NCBI RefSeq assembly: GCF_018350175.1
Contig: NC_058368.1
Span: 216,196,001-216,260,000 of the forward strand
DNA: 64,000 bases
Source: Felis catus
Lineage: Eukaryota
Reading direction: 5' to 3'
Part shown: positions 41,904-55,132 of the stretch, piece after piece
Layout of the letters: the number at the start of each line of letters is the position of its first letter
How positions within the stretch are numbered: the first letter of the stretch is position 1
The notes under the pieces: model-generated
What the model saw: the letters and a program-made list of their open reading frames with translations, nothing else
What the model was told of the DNA's origin: nothing
Databases searched by the model: none
Program-made: the position numbers and the translations under genes

Positions 41904-42715
41904 CTAGAAAGAATTAGCCCATTTTTTTTAGAATATAATATTGGTTTACTTTTCCTGGTGCATCATGAAGCATATTAAATACCTGACCTGTATCCATGAA
42001 TAGGTGAAAATAAATTATAAATATTAATGTAAAATGAACATACCCATGTGTAAAAAGTGAACATATCATTTACATTAACATTATGTTGTGATGTAAGCAT
42101 CAAAGTGCATGACTATCCTGAAAATCATAGCCTGGCTTTGGGCATTTAATGAACATCACTGCAATGTGTAATGGGAAGAAACATAGGCTTCCAGAAGTCA
42201 GTGAAGGATTCCAGGCATGAGTCAGCCAGCAAAATCATTTACAGGCTCCCAAATATAGGCAAGTCCCACATGGTTGAGGAATAGCTTTCTCCAAGTGAGT
42301 CTTCTATTCTTCCTTTAGAGAAACTGAGTTCTCAGGTCTCTTGGGACACATCCCATATGAAATCCACTAATGTCTCTACACAGAGGCTCACCACACAGCT
42401 TGAGCTTTTTAGCGGTCTTAAAGGGAACTCAAATCAAAACAAAACAAAAACAAAGGCAAACAACAAACAAACATAAAACACCATTTTCCCATTCCCTTTC
42501 TTTGGTTTTCTTCCTCTCAAGTTCATGTTCTACTTTTAGCTCCACTTACGAATTCCCTGCACTAGTAATTGAGAGTATTGAAACCCTTCCACGTTCAGTT
42601 TGACCCAGTATAATTAGACACATGCTATAAGCTAGCTTCTGGTTGACATAGAAATCTCTTTCAGTTTTGGTTTCCTAAATACATGCACGCTGTATGTGTT
42701 GCATCAACTCCTTAC

Positions 42716-42744
42716 CTGTGTTGGGAGACATGATTCTGGCTCAA
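42716..42744 (-). pseudogene. Candidate 29-nt micro-exon
   Basis: gcattctttag|TTGAGCCAGAATCATGTCTCCCAACACAG|gtaagg. Confidence 0.3.
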
Positions 42745-42960
42745 CTAAAGAATGCTTTACTTAGTAGAGATTCAGAAATATGTCACAACAAAAACATGTG
42801 TAAATAAGGAGAAGTTGGAAACTCAACTGAGACTTCGTCCTCAGTGTTATGTCAAGGTAGGGTGGGAGTGGGTGCAGGAAGAGGCCTCTGAGGTTCTGGC
42901 ACCATTTAAAATTTCTTAGAGAGGAACGATTTAGTGAGATATATTTTAAGCCTCAGTTAA

Positions 42961-43020
42961 ATCACTGAATTCTACTCCTGAAACCAATATTGCACTAAAT
43001 TTAAATAAAAACAATAAAAT
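42961..43020 (+). mobile_element. About 60-bp L1 tail insertion
   Basis: attctactcctgaaaccaatattgcact (compare 22388-22415); TSD-like cctcagttaaa/cctctgttaaa. Confidence 0.7.
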
Positions 43021-43584
43021 TCCTCTGTTAAAATAAATAAATCACTTAGTTTTCTCTATACATAGTCATATTAGCTACTCTCATCACATTTACCTCTAAA
43101 TACGCTAGTAGTACTTAACTAATCCCTTAACTAGTAGCTCTTTGAATACTATTAGCCCTTGTCTGCACAAGAGAAAGACACCTCTTGGAGAGTCTGGCTG
43201 TCATCAGTCCTAGAGGCTCCTGCCGCAGACTTGTGGTCCCATTACGTGCTGTGTGACCCAAGCACTTCTGGATTCACTGATTGATCCAGAAGAAAACATT
43301 TGATTGAAATTAAGCAGTTTCTTTCTCCCCAGTGTTTAAAGTTTGATACAGTGAGACCCTAAAATGGAGATATCCTGAAGCTAATGCTAATTTTAGCATC
43401 CTGAAAAAGGATTATGGAAACCCCACTGCTTAAAACCCTGTCATTGCCCTGATTGAGGCTCTCCTTGACTCCTGGTGTTCTGACTCTTCCATTGAGTTCT
43501 ATTTTCCCAAGTTTCAATTTCTGTTGTTTATTTAATACAACGTATTGTGTTTGAAAATGAGTATAAGATTCTTTTTCTACATAC

Positions 43585-43887
43585 TTCAAAGCCACGATGA
43601 AATAAGTGTAGTTGAAGCAGAAGAAATAAAAAAGATATGTAAGCTGAGAAGGATTGACTTAGACAGACTGATGACATATGATGATAACATACGTGATGAT
43701 ATGAGAGATAACCTTCCAAACATTAAAGTGGACAAGAGACAATAGATCTTGCTCATCATGGACATTAATCCAGAGAATTCCCCAAAGCTACCGAATTGTC
43801 TGCAAATGGATAGGAGCTCAACAGATTTGCACTGACGAGATGCTGCATTGACCAGTGGAATTTTCAGAATATCACGATCGTGGACTC
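43585..43887 (-). pseudogene. Pseudo-exon, probably the last cadherin repeat plus Ser/Thr linker (303 nt)
   Basis: Acceptor tttcaaatgtag|GAG, donor GAA|gtatgt. Frames give VHDRD, SENS, ALGNSLD and a terminal ISSASTT. Relatively CpG-rich versus flanks. Confidence 0.5.
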
Positions 43888-44496
43888 CTACATTTGAAAT
43901 ACGTGCATGGACATATATACACATAGGAGAGATCAGGAAACAGTGTCCCCTTAGGTCAGCATAGAGTAGTTTGAAACTAAAGGTCATTGGTATATGTCAT
44001 ATTTTTAAATTGATGGTGCTGAGAGATAAGTGGCGTACTGTATGAGTTTGTCTTTATCATCTTTGCTTTTAGATGAAATGATAATTTATCTTTGAAACAA
44101 GGAGAAAGATAAATTTACTTCAAGAGACAAATATATCTGCATGCATTAAATATAATGAAATTGCAAAACATAATAAACCCCTGTAATTCCTTTCGTCATA
44201 TACAACAATGCATATTTACTCTGGGGAAATGGCCTTGGCCTTATTGTTCATCGTGATTTGATTTGATTTGGTTCTCTACCTAACAGCATTAGACTTCAAA
44301 ATCTCAGAGGAGCACAACTGCATTCTCAATTCAGATAAGGACTTAAGAAAATAATAAACTAACACAAAAATAGTAGGCAAAAATATATCTTGTACAATAA
44401 GCCAAAGGACAACACAGTAATTCAGACCTACATAAGGAAGAATTTTGAATCAATTTATGGTATGATATGCATTAATTTCACTGAAATTAAATTAAC

Positions 44497-44578
44497 CTGA
44501 AACCTGGAGTTGCCTGCAGACACAAGCAGTCAGGTATATTATTTTATGAATTCAAATTTATAGGAAACCTCTCAGTTT
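44497..44578 (-). pseudogene. Candidate pseudo-exon (82 nt)
   Basis: Acceptor gctttttattctcag|A, donor CAG|gttaat. Reads TERFPINLNS* (FxIdxxSG-like). Confidence 0.35.
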
Positions 44579-45442
44579 CTGAGAATAAAAAGCAATTAAA
44601 ACATTTGGTAATTATTTTCTCCTATAGCAAGTGTTATTTTCCCGAAAACAACCAGAACAGAGAGGAAAAGATACTAACAATAGAGAGTTGATAGTCAAAG
44701 TTCAGTGCAAGAATGTTTCAAGGAAGTGTGGTCCTAATTTGAATTAACATCTAATTAGTTCATTTAATTACTCTGTGCCACGAGTAATTGATTTTAGACC
44801 TAGAAACAGAAACACTTCTACTATATGGGGGAAAAAATCATTTTGTTCCTTTAAATTGGAAGCTAGGCAAAGGTTGCATCTAAAGAGGGTGCAACATGAG
44901 TCAGGTTTTATCTCTTAGTTGAACTCTTATTTCAACATTCCCCCCAATTATCAAAATATTAAATACTAGTGTAATTTAGATCTTGATTATAAAATGCTCC
45001 CATTAATGAAACAAACTTCTACATTGTCTATACAAAACAGTATCATGCACAGATTCCATTAAGAATTGAGATACTCAGTTTGTTAGAAGCTTTGGGTCAT
45101 AACTGTTCACATGTTATTATTTTTATGAAATACATGTTTTATTCCTATAGAAGCAAGATTTTTTTTTTCTTAAATTTCACATTGTTTCTCTTTGGAAATA
45201 TAAGAGGGAGGGAAATCTTCCTTCTGAACCAGTCCTTCCTCTACATCCATGAAACTAATGTCTGCTCCTTTGAAGAATCATTCCTCCCCACCCTCATCCT
45301 GTCCTTAGTTGCTTGATTTTGGAATGGGGCACTTCATGTGTGATGGAGCAGTTTTCTGGGTTGACTGTATTAAGGGACCATGGGAACAGATAGGCTGAAT
45401 TTTGGCATGGCAAGGAGCTCTTCCTAAAACATGGAAACCCAC

Positions 45443-45890
45443 GGGGCGCCTGGGTGGCTCAGTCCGTTAAGCATTGAACTCTTTTTTTTTAAGTGTATTT
45501 ATTTATTTTGAGAAAGGCAGAGACAGCATGAGTGGAGGAGAAGTAGAGAGAGAGGGAAACAGGAATGCCAAGCAGGATCCCTGCTGCCAGCACAGAGTCC
45601 AATGGGGGACTCAAACCCACGAAGCCATGAGATCATGACCTGAGCTGAAACAAGAGCCAAAACCAAGAGTCAGACACCTAACCAACTGAGCCACCCAGGC
45701 TCCCCGAGCGTTGGAGTCTTGATTTTGGCTCAAGTCATGATCCCCCAGTTTGGTTCATTGGACTGAGCCCTGATTGGGCTCTGCATGGCTAATGTGCAGC
45801 CTGCTTGGGATTCTCCAACCCCACCCTCCCCCATGCATGTGCATTCTCTTTCTCTAAAAATAAATACATGTATATTAAAAAACAAACAAA
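45443..45890 (+). mobile_element. Can-SINE containing a nested antisense Can-SINE (45484-45705)
   Basis: Inner TSD agcattgaactctt/agcgttggagtctt; outer TSD aaacatggaaacccac/aaacacggaagcccac. Confidence 0.92.
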
Positions 45891-46473
45891 CAAACACGGA
45901 AGCCCACAGTGGGCATCCACTCAGTCAGCAAATTAAGACAAATGCTCTCTCATCTGAAGGTTCTAACGGCAACTTCTTCCAGCATGGTGGGAAAATCTTT
46001 AATACCTACAGAAACATACCTAAGTTTGATTCACCACATTATTCAAGTACGTAGAGGATATTTTCTTGATAAAATGATCCCTTATTTTAAAATATTGTGC
46101 ACTAAATCCCATCATGTTTAATGTGTGCTTCTAAAGGAAAACTCATGTGTGCTCATCTCTTCACATCACTTAGAGCAATGCTGACTGTGAATTGAACTTT
46201 GTCCAGCTGAACTCTTAAAGGCGGAAAAATAAAATAAGAATGACCATATTTTACTTAGCAATGTCACGGAATATTCCTTCCAGGCTGTTTGACATTTTGT
46301 TTTACATAGTGTGATTCTTTCTTGTTTGTTTTTTTTTTTTTATTGATATTGCATGATTCTTATTGTTGCCTTTTGAGAATGTCTCTGTTTATTATCAGAT
46401 AATACAAGTTAGTTGTAAAAATTTGGAAGAGATAGAAAACTAGTATTAACTCACATGCATACCGTATGTAGTC

Positions 46474-46528
<55 letters not shown>

Positions 46529-46630
46529 TATCTATGTTCTTTATTATTATATTTTAGGACTACAGTGATACTGAAATTAAAATGTTTAGTATTTCCTATT
46601 GCATCACAAATACCTCCTTGTCTCATTTAG

Positions 46631-46828
46631 TTTTTGTTTATTTATTTAAAGAGAGAGAGCACTCATGTGTGAAGGAGAGCAGAGAGAAAGGGAGACAGAG
46701 AATCCTAAGAAGTCTCCATGCTGTCAGCATTGAGCCCAACACAGGGCTCAGTGTCAAGAACTGTGAGACCATAACCTGAGCTGAAATCAAGAGTTGGAAG
46801 CTTACCCAAATGAGCCACCCCCATGCCC
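46631..46828 (-). mobile_element. Can-SINE
   Basis: Antisense consensus. Confidence 0.88.
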
Positions 46829-47137
46829 TGCATTAAATATTTTTAAATAAACATTTAAAGAGCTGCACAGTATTTCAATATAGAGATATATCACAGTTCA
46901 TGTAATCAATTCTATATTGGAAAATCAAATTGTTTCCATTTATACAGTTTTATTAATATTATTATTATTGCAATTTTATTACTTTTATAATTCCTTTACG
47001 TGATAGCAGAAAAATCAAATTGCCTTTTTTATATCTTTAATTACAGTTAAACAATTTATCTAAAATTCTATAGAACATAATTATGTCCATTCAACTTTGC
47101 ATTCTTTTTTCTGATCCTATCTTCTACCCCTCCCACA

Positions 47138-47567
47138 TTTTTTTAACGTTTATTTTTGAGACAGAGAGAGACAGAGCATGAATGGGGGAGGGACAGAGAG
47201 AGAAGGAGATACAAATCTGAAACAGGCTCCAGGCTTGGAGCTGTCAGCACAGAGCCTGATGCGGGGCTCGAACTCACGGACTGCGAGTCATGACCTGAGC
47301 CGAAGTCAGCCGCTTAACTGACAGAGCCACCCAGGCGGCCCTCACATTATTATTTTTTTTTTTTAACGTTTACTTTTGAGAGAGACAGAGAGAAACAGAG
47401 TATGAGCAGGGGAGGGGCAGAGAGAGAGGGAGACACACAGTCAGAGGCAGGCTCCAGGCTCTGAGCTGTCAGCACAGAGCCCACCGCAGGGCTCGAACTC
47501 ACAAACCATGAGATCATGACTCGAGGCTAAGTCGGATGCTTCACTGACTGAGCCACCCAGGCACCCC
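47138..47567 (-). mobile_element. Two tandem Can-SINEs (47138-47341, 47354-47567)
   Basis: Shared flanking repeat acccctcccac(a/g)ttt. Confidence 0.93.
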
Positions 47568-48174
47568 TCACCCCTCCCACGTTTCAACCTTTCGACTGTG
47601 CCCTCTGAACTTACAGTCAGGTGCAAGATGACTTCAACCTTCAATCTCTTTTCTGAAGGTCTCTTTCATGCCTTTTCTGTAACCAAAAGCTGATTCTTCC
47701 TCAATGACATTCCTTCCAGTAGGATCCACTTCATTATTTATTATCCAAAATCTCTTTTACCATTGGGTCTCAAGAGGAGAGTGGATCATTGTTCCTACTA
47801 TTCCCATGATTTTTCTCCCTTTCTTCCTAAAAGTGCCCTCCTTATCGTAATTGTTAACTGATCCCCAAATCACAGATGCTCAATTTTTCACTTTAACATC
47901 TGTTTCACTCTTATGACCTCTAACAGCCCTGGCATAAGTCTTGGTGATTTCTAACACCATACAGAGGACATTTCCAATAATCTGAGCAGCCAGGTTCTTT
48001 ACTTCCCCTCTTCCAGTGTATAGCCAAATGTGAAGAGCTCAGAATGTGGAATTAGATTTTCTAAATCCAAAACCCGCTTCCACCATGACATAGCTGTGTG
48101 TTGTTAAACCTCTATGTGTCCCATTTCTCTTGTCTGTAGAGTAGATGCATCTAACTCATTAGCGTTGTGAGAAA

Positions 48175-48534
48175 CATGCGTGTGTGTGAATATATATGTA
48201 TATGTATATATACACATATATGCACATATGCATACATATACGTGTGCATATATACACATATATACATACACACATATATGTATGTATGCATATGTATGTA
48301 TATATGTATATATACACATGTATATATATGCATGCATATATGTGCATGTATGTGAATATATATGTACATATATGTGTGCATATACATACATATACATATG
48401 CATATATACATATACACATACATATACATATATGTATATGCACATGTACATATATGTACATATATGTACATACATATATGTATATGCATACATATACATA
48501 TATGTATATATACATATATGTATATATACATATG

Positions 48535-48575
<41 letters not shown>
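48175..48575. repeat. About 400-nt alternating purine-pyrimidine tract (TA/CA/TG)
   Basis: Continuous RY alternation; source of the many I/Y/H/C/M pseudo-ORFs. Confidence 0.97.
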
Positions 48576-48577
<2 letters not shown>

Positions 48578-50264
48578 CACTGTGTTGGTACTTAGTAAAT
48601 TAATATAAGTGCTGCATTTAATAAAAATGTTTCACAGTTTGCTTTCCCATCCAAACCACTTACACCAGTGGTCATACATGGTTGTTATTCACAATATTTT
48701 AACCCTCCATAATATCAATTTTAAGAAATCCCACTGGCCAACCACCAAAAATTCCCTTCCACTTATTGCCTGAAGTACTGACGCCACAGTTCTCTGTCCC
48801 CACTGGGACATGTAAATCCTTGAGTATTGCCTTCTCTGTTACCCACCCCTCCCATGTCCAAACTTCTCAACCTACTCATTGTAATTTCTCAGGGTCAGCA
48901 TTAAAATCAATTCAGTGTTTGATCCCTTGTTTTTTTGTTTGTTTTGTTTTGCTTGTTCTTTTCCTTTCTCAAGTCTTCATACTCCCCTGGAAAAATTCAA
49001 ACCCTAGAAAACACAGAACACAGTTTTTCTTGTCTTCTTCACTTGTATGCAGCTGAATATAGGCAGGGGAAAACACTGTTGGCTCTCACTCCAATCTCAT
49101 GACCTCCAACCTCAGAAACTTTTTTCTTTCAGTAAGCCTCATCTATTTCCTAAATCCATTCGCTCATTTAAGTCCTTACGTGACTAATTCAACCCCCCTC
49201 CCCTTAAAGTATGTAACAACTACTCCACTACTACTGTTTTTGAGTTTCTCATCAAAGAATATCAAAGTAATTAAGTAACCTTCCACAGTCTCCCATCGCT
49301 ATTTCCAAACATCTGTTTGTATCTCAGCTCACATATCCCGCTCTCCTTTCTGTAGCCATATCTAAACTCTGCTCTATCTATGGTCACCTGTTGCATTATG
49401 GTTGCTAGATGTCCTCTCTTCTCATCTATTCATGGGCATGGTCCAGCTGTTTTCTTTCATCTCTTTTGTTTCACAATATTGCCCTCATTGAGTGAGAAAA
49501 CATGTTATTATTTCTCCCATTAAAAGATATCTTGGCCAACCATCTCTTTCCCATTAATGATCCTTCTCATTGCCCCTCGTCCCCAAGAAAGACACTTCAG
49601 TACTGTTGAGAGTGCTATCTTTACTCATTCTACTTTTCTACTTCACTCTCTGTCTCTTCAACACATTCCACTGAGGTGTTTTCTCACCACTTGGCTGAAA
49701 ATTCTTTTGTCATTTTTTAGTATCTATTTTCTCTTACTTTATTCATCAGCAACATTGGACAGATTAGGGCTAATCCTCTTACATTAAGTATTTTCTTCAT
49801 TTGACTTTGGCTATGCTTCATTTACTTCTTTTTTCCTTTTTTTTAACTTCACTTCTTAGTCTTTTTCTCATCAGTCAGATTATCAAAGTTGAAATTCCCT
49901 GCCATGCATGGCTTGGGCTTTTCTTCCTCATTTCCTTAGTTATCTAAGTCTCTAAATGTTTTTAAAATCTGATGGATTTGAATATATATCTTCATCCTGA
50001 GACTCTCCCCGATGTCTAGATTCATATAGATAACTTTCTTCTTAATGTATCTTTTAAATATATAAAAGCTACATCATTTATAGCATGTCCAAAATGGAAC
50101 TCCTATTATTCCTTCTCCAAAACTCCTTATTCCTCAGAATCCACCCACTTAGTTCATGGCAATTCCATTATTGAAGTGGTCCAAGTCGTAAACCTGTAGA
50201 ATTATTTCTGATTCCTCTTTTTCTCTCTCACCTTATGTTTACCTTCAAAAAATATCCTTATGTT

Positions 50265-50428
50265 GGGGCACTGGGGTGGCTCAGATGGTAAGCATCCTGC
50301 ACTTAAGTTTGGCTCAGGTCACGATCCCATGGTTCATGAGTTTGAGCCCCATGTCAGGTTCTGTGCTGAATGTGTGGAGTCTGTTTTGGATTCTATCTTT
50401 CCCTCTCTCTCTGCCCCTCTCCTGCTTG

Positions 50429-50480
<52 letters not shown>

Positions 50481-50514
50481 GTGTGTCTCTCTCCCTCTCT
50501 CAAAAAAAAAAAAA
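50265..50514 (+). mobile_element. Can-SINE
   Basis: Head, (CT)n, A tail. Confidence 0.92.
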
Positions 50515-51565
50515 ATCTGTGTATTGGCATCTCTTAGCTACACCAATACAACCCGAATCTAAACCACCACAATCCTCTGGATTATTGAAATGGGAATGCA
50601 ATTGATCATCTTGCCACTGGAGTATTCTCAACATTACAGTCAAAATGATCTTTTTTAGTTCTGAAACCAGAATCTTTTTTTCAAAATCGTCTAATGGCTG
50701 GCATCTTGCTCTCATAATTTATAGTGATAAAAGCGATATAAATTCAGTTTCCAATGTGCTACAAGATACAGTCTTTTGACACACTAACTCTTTGGTCTCA
50801 TCTACTGTTAATATCTCTTATTTGTTCCAGTCTCCTTGCTTTCCACAAAGACTTCAGGCATAGTCCATCAAGAGGGTTTTTGCTCTTCCTGTTTATTTTG
50901 CTTAGAAACCTGAGTCCCATGTATTTTCATGTCACCTTGTTTAGGTTTTAGCTCAAATTCAATCCTGTCATTGATGCTTTTCCAAATATTTCCCAGTACT
51001 TCATATTATTTTACTCAATAGCACTTACCACTATTTGAAGAAACACAAACAAAAAACACTCAAAAAAAAAAAAAACCCAAGCTAGCTAGCTAGATATAAT
51101 ATAGATATATAGATAAGGATATCGATATAGATGATATAGATACAGATATAATCCAGGGCATTTTTATCTTCCTGGTCCTAAAATTATATGCACATACTTC
51201 AAATATTTTACATATAAATGTTAGACATTTAATAACTATGTTTTGTTGAATAATTAATATATAAATGAACATTGAAAGATTATTTTAAAAAGAATAATTT
51301 TGGTCAATAAGGAAACCAATATATTATACGGTTGTACGTGAACACTACTTGGACATTAGTATTTCACATATATTGCCCTTTTCATTTTTATAAAATATCA
51401 AATGATATTTTACATAATATTTGTACGTGTTCCAGAAATGTTTTCCTTCAGTCTTTGAATTGAATGTGTACAAGAAATGTAATAATTCACAATACCTAAA
51501 CTGAATATATTAGATCGAACTCAATTACAAATTGAATAATCCACATGGTAATTCTGTATTAATAC

Positions 51566-51748
51566 CTAAGAATTGACTTATGTATTACAGGAATTCCTAA
51601 GCTTTTTTCATGGCAACACATATACTGCCAGACAGACTCATTACTGGAGTGATTTCCCTCGGTGAAGGCAAAGAACTTTTTTCTACATACTGGTTTAGAG
51701 ATGATATGGGGGTGTGATGTACTTATAATAGGATTTAGGATGTGTAAG
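51566..51748 (-). pseudogene. Pseudo-exon, cadherin linker region (183 nt)
   Basis: Long pyrimidine tract, ttattttag|CTTAC, donor TAG|gtatta. Reads ...IISKPVCRKKFFAFTEGNHSSNESVWQYMC..., a PxC linker followed by VxxxxC as in CDHR3/4-type repeats. Confidence 0.55.
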
Positions 51749-52391
51749 CTAAAATAAATACCAAAAAAAAAAAAAAGAGAGAAAGAAATGATACAAAACA
51801 TGGGAAAAAAAGGGGAAAGAGACAATATTAATAGGCTGCTAAACTATAGAACTAATTTCTCCTGGCATGATATTTGCATTGTTCCTTAAAATATCAGTTG
51901 CTCTGAATCAAAGTTGCTTTGAATTAAAGTCACATTTAGGAAGCAAGCATCATAGCAGAACAGATAGTACTGATTTCTTGAAGGTGAGCCCACATTACCT
52001 TTGAAAGGCTGGGTTTTACCTATAACTCACATCCAAAATTGTGAATTTTAAATGACTGCTAAGTTCACTCAAACAATTTGTTACATTAACATAAAAGGAA
52101 AATAACAGGAAAGATTAAAAATAAAAATATAATCAAATTACACAATTTACTTGATTGAAAAACTGTTCATGAAAACAAGTGCTGTTTGGTATCTTAGTAA
52201 ATATTTAAATTGTTTACTACAGGATATGCTGGGGTTTAGAGCACAGAGTGAAATCACCATGGGAAAACAAACTCACCTGTAGGAATTGTTAAAAGTAATT
52301 AGGCAGTAAGAAAGAAGACAGCAAAGACAGGTGGGTAGGCAACTAATCCCATGAAGAATTTTCCATTGGAATAAATGAAGTGATCCTCTAA

Positions 52392-52670
52392 CAATCAAAG
52401 AGTACAAACTTCCAATTTTAAGACGAATAAGTTCTGGGAATCTAATTTACAGTATGGCGATTATAGTCAATATAATATTGTATTATATACTTGAAAGTTG
52501 CTAAAAGAGTGCTACAAATGGTAAATATGTGATGTGGCACAGATATTAGTGAAGACTATAGTGATTATCATTTTGCAATATACAAATAAATCAACACATT
52601 GTACATCTTGAATTTACACAATGTTATATGTCAATTATATCTCAATGAACCTGGAAAAAATAAATGAAAA
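52392..52670 (+). mobile_element. L1MA/MB 3' end
   Basis: aataagttctgggaatctaat...ttgtattatatacttgaaagttgctaa...tcaattatatctcaat. Confidence 0.85.
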
Positions 52671-53168
52671 ATATTCTTGAATACCCATTTAAAAATATAT
52701 GCCTTGCATACCATAAAATAATAATAAAGAACAGAGAATTAGAGGAAATAAAGAAATGCAATGGCACAAGTTAAACAGCTTGCTGCATCCAGAAATGCAT
52801 CTACAGCTATCAGTTTCTAAACAAACAGCTCCATACTTGGGATGATCTTCAATCCAGGGGGTGAATGATGTATATGAGAAAGAATAGTAAAAAAGCATGG
52901 AGGAGTATCAATCATCCCACCTGAGACATGAGACATTAGTCAGGATGTCTAGTATAGGAAACATCAGAGTCACTATATGTGTATGTATATACATATGTGT
53001 ATATGTATATGTATGTGTATATACATACATATATATATATATATATGTATATATATATTTTAAGGAAGGGTATTAAACTAGGGTAGATTATGGTGGAATA
53101 TTGGAATAGCAAATTTGCCTTAAAAATACCTGAGCCTAAAAAAAAAAAAAAAAATACCTGGGCCTAAA

Positions 53169-53210
<42 letters not shown>

Positions 53211-54603
53211 CTTTTGTCTTCCATGGTGCATGCTCCTGTGTATCATTGGGAGTTCTTGTGTTCAAAATCATCAGTAGAGGATGGTGGGGAATGAGATCAC
53301 ACTGTGAAGTATCTGGATCATGTGGCCTTATTATCGGTGGGTCAGTGGAAAGAGGGTACTGACGAGCCGGCATAGAAATTCAGTGTTTTGGTCTGGATAT
53401 GAAACACACTACTTATACTAGAGTCCAATTGGCTAAAACCAGTATGACATTCCTTCCCTCAATTAAAGAGAGAAAAAAGATATAATATTACTGGGACAAA
53501 AGGGAAAAAAATCAGATATGGCTGGGTTCTAGAAGTCTCGATGTCTTTACCACAGATGGGACTGGATCTCAGGAAAACACAGCAACTTGTTTATCAACAC
53601 TAGCTAAATCTAGGGCTCAATCAGCTGTAAGGGTAAGAGACACATTTTCAGACCAGCAGAGAATGCATTCATTCATCCGTTCATTCAAGCATGCATTTTC
53701 TAAGGGTAAACCAACTTTGTAAACTAACACAGGCTTGAAAATGTACAGGGATGCATGAGACTCAGAAATAATCAGGTTCATCTTATGTAATCTGAATCAG
53801 GTAAGAGCAGAGAAGGTGCATGAGTATTGGAGCACATGATTTTTCCTGTGGGACATTAGTTTTTACCGAAATTTGGGGTTACCATACATGGCCACTTTGG
53901 AATTTACAGTCTCAGCTTTTTTTTTTTTTACTAATGCTTGATGAATACATGTTTAATATTTTATAATACAGTCCAGAAAGAAATTTATTTTTAAGCATTT
54001 TTATATAAGGTAAGTTCCCCCAGTTAATAATCTCAAAGATAATTCCAAAAACACTTTTAAAAGTCCATTTGTAGCTAAAGAGTGATATTTAAGTTAAAAT
54101 AATTAATCTACAAAGCTTTATTTTTTTTAGCTTTATACTTCCGTAGCTCTGAAAAGTAGCCAACCAAGGGCTCATAAAATAATATTCCACGTGTTTTTCT
54201 TTTTATATTACTGTCATGATTTACATATTGCATTATGTTTTTTTGAGTAAATTAAAGTAATAAAACTCTATTTCCTGCCAAGAAGTACTTCCTTTCTTCT
54301 ACTATATGCTTCGGTAGCTTATTCAAGTAAAGTTTACGACTAATTAGAAAAGCCACATGCATTTGGAATTAATATTGTCAGTTTGTGTTAGTATATATTT
54401 AAATCTCTGATCAGGTTATGTGGTTAATATTGCAAGGCAGTCTAGTTGAAGTTGAGCATATACTTTGATCTCTGCACCATGAAATGAATAAATGGGGTTT
54501 TATTTAGAATTAAATCATCATGCATAATAAATATTCACATGCTGTTTAAAATTCATTTTAATATATTAAAGCATTAAATATTAAAAAGTACATTACATAA
54601 TAC

Positions 54604-54789
54604 CTCAGATAAATGGTGATGCTATAGAGTTAGATAATGAGAGTATACAACTAATAGTTGTCAGTCATATTTGCATAGTTTAAGGCTGAAGTAATATAAA
54701 TCGAAATGGGTGTCACATGAAGCGAGCCATCCCATTTATATATTGAAAAACTAAATAGGTCATAGCATCTATAAAACTGCAGAAGATTT
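54604..54789 (-). pseudogene. Candidate pseudo-exon (186 nt)
   Basis: Acceptor caatttttcag|A, donor GAG|gtatta. One frame reads FSFSIYKWDG...ITSALNYANMTDNY*LYTLII, resembling FSI..G...LDYE...YxL. Confidence 0.45.
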
Positions 54790-55132
54790 CTGAAAAATTG
54801 AACTCAATATTTATGTCAGTCAAAATTTTATCTATGGATTGCCTGCTTGTACCTAACATGGGAAAAAAACACTCTGTGTGTAATGAAGGCATACCAGCTT
54901 CTCACACACTCTGAAAGGTTTACAGTCTAGTTGGGGAAGAAATTGAATAAGAGGTGGAACACAGGACAGGTGACATTTTGACTGGCAAATGAACAATGAA
55001 GAAAACATAAAGTATTAAAAGCAAGAGAAAAAGAGAACGGTTACTGTTTATTTTTCCATACATAGAAAGGACAAAAGATGATAATTAAGCCAAATCTATA
55101 GACCAGGGAATTCAAACCCTGCATTATCTTAC

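Larger units (their letters stand above)
47640..51040 (-). mobile_element. Long fragmented L2 with a MIR, an RY microsatellite and a SINE inserted
   Basis: L2 antisense text (catcagcaacattggaca, agcatgtccaaaatggaactc, atagcacttaccac). Confidence 0.65.

Noticed and set aside
43545..43990. Plus-strand acidic/basic reading (HDEISVVEAEEIKK...DDNIRDD) as a possible endogenous viral element
   Set aside because: Has internal stops and no recognisable viral motif; better explained as the antisense of a minus-strand pseudo-exon.
48104..48608. Several 118-142 aa ORFs on both strands
   Set aside because: Artefacts of a stop-free RY microsatellite.
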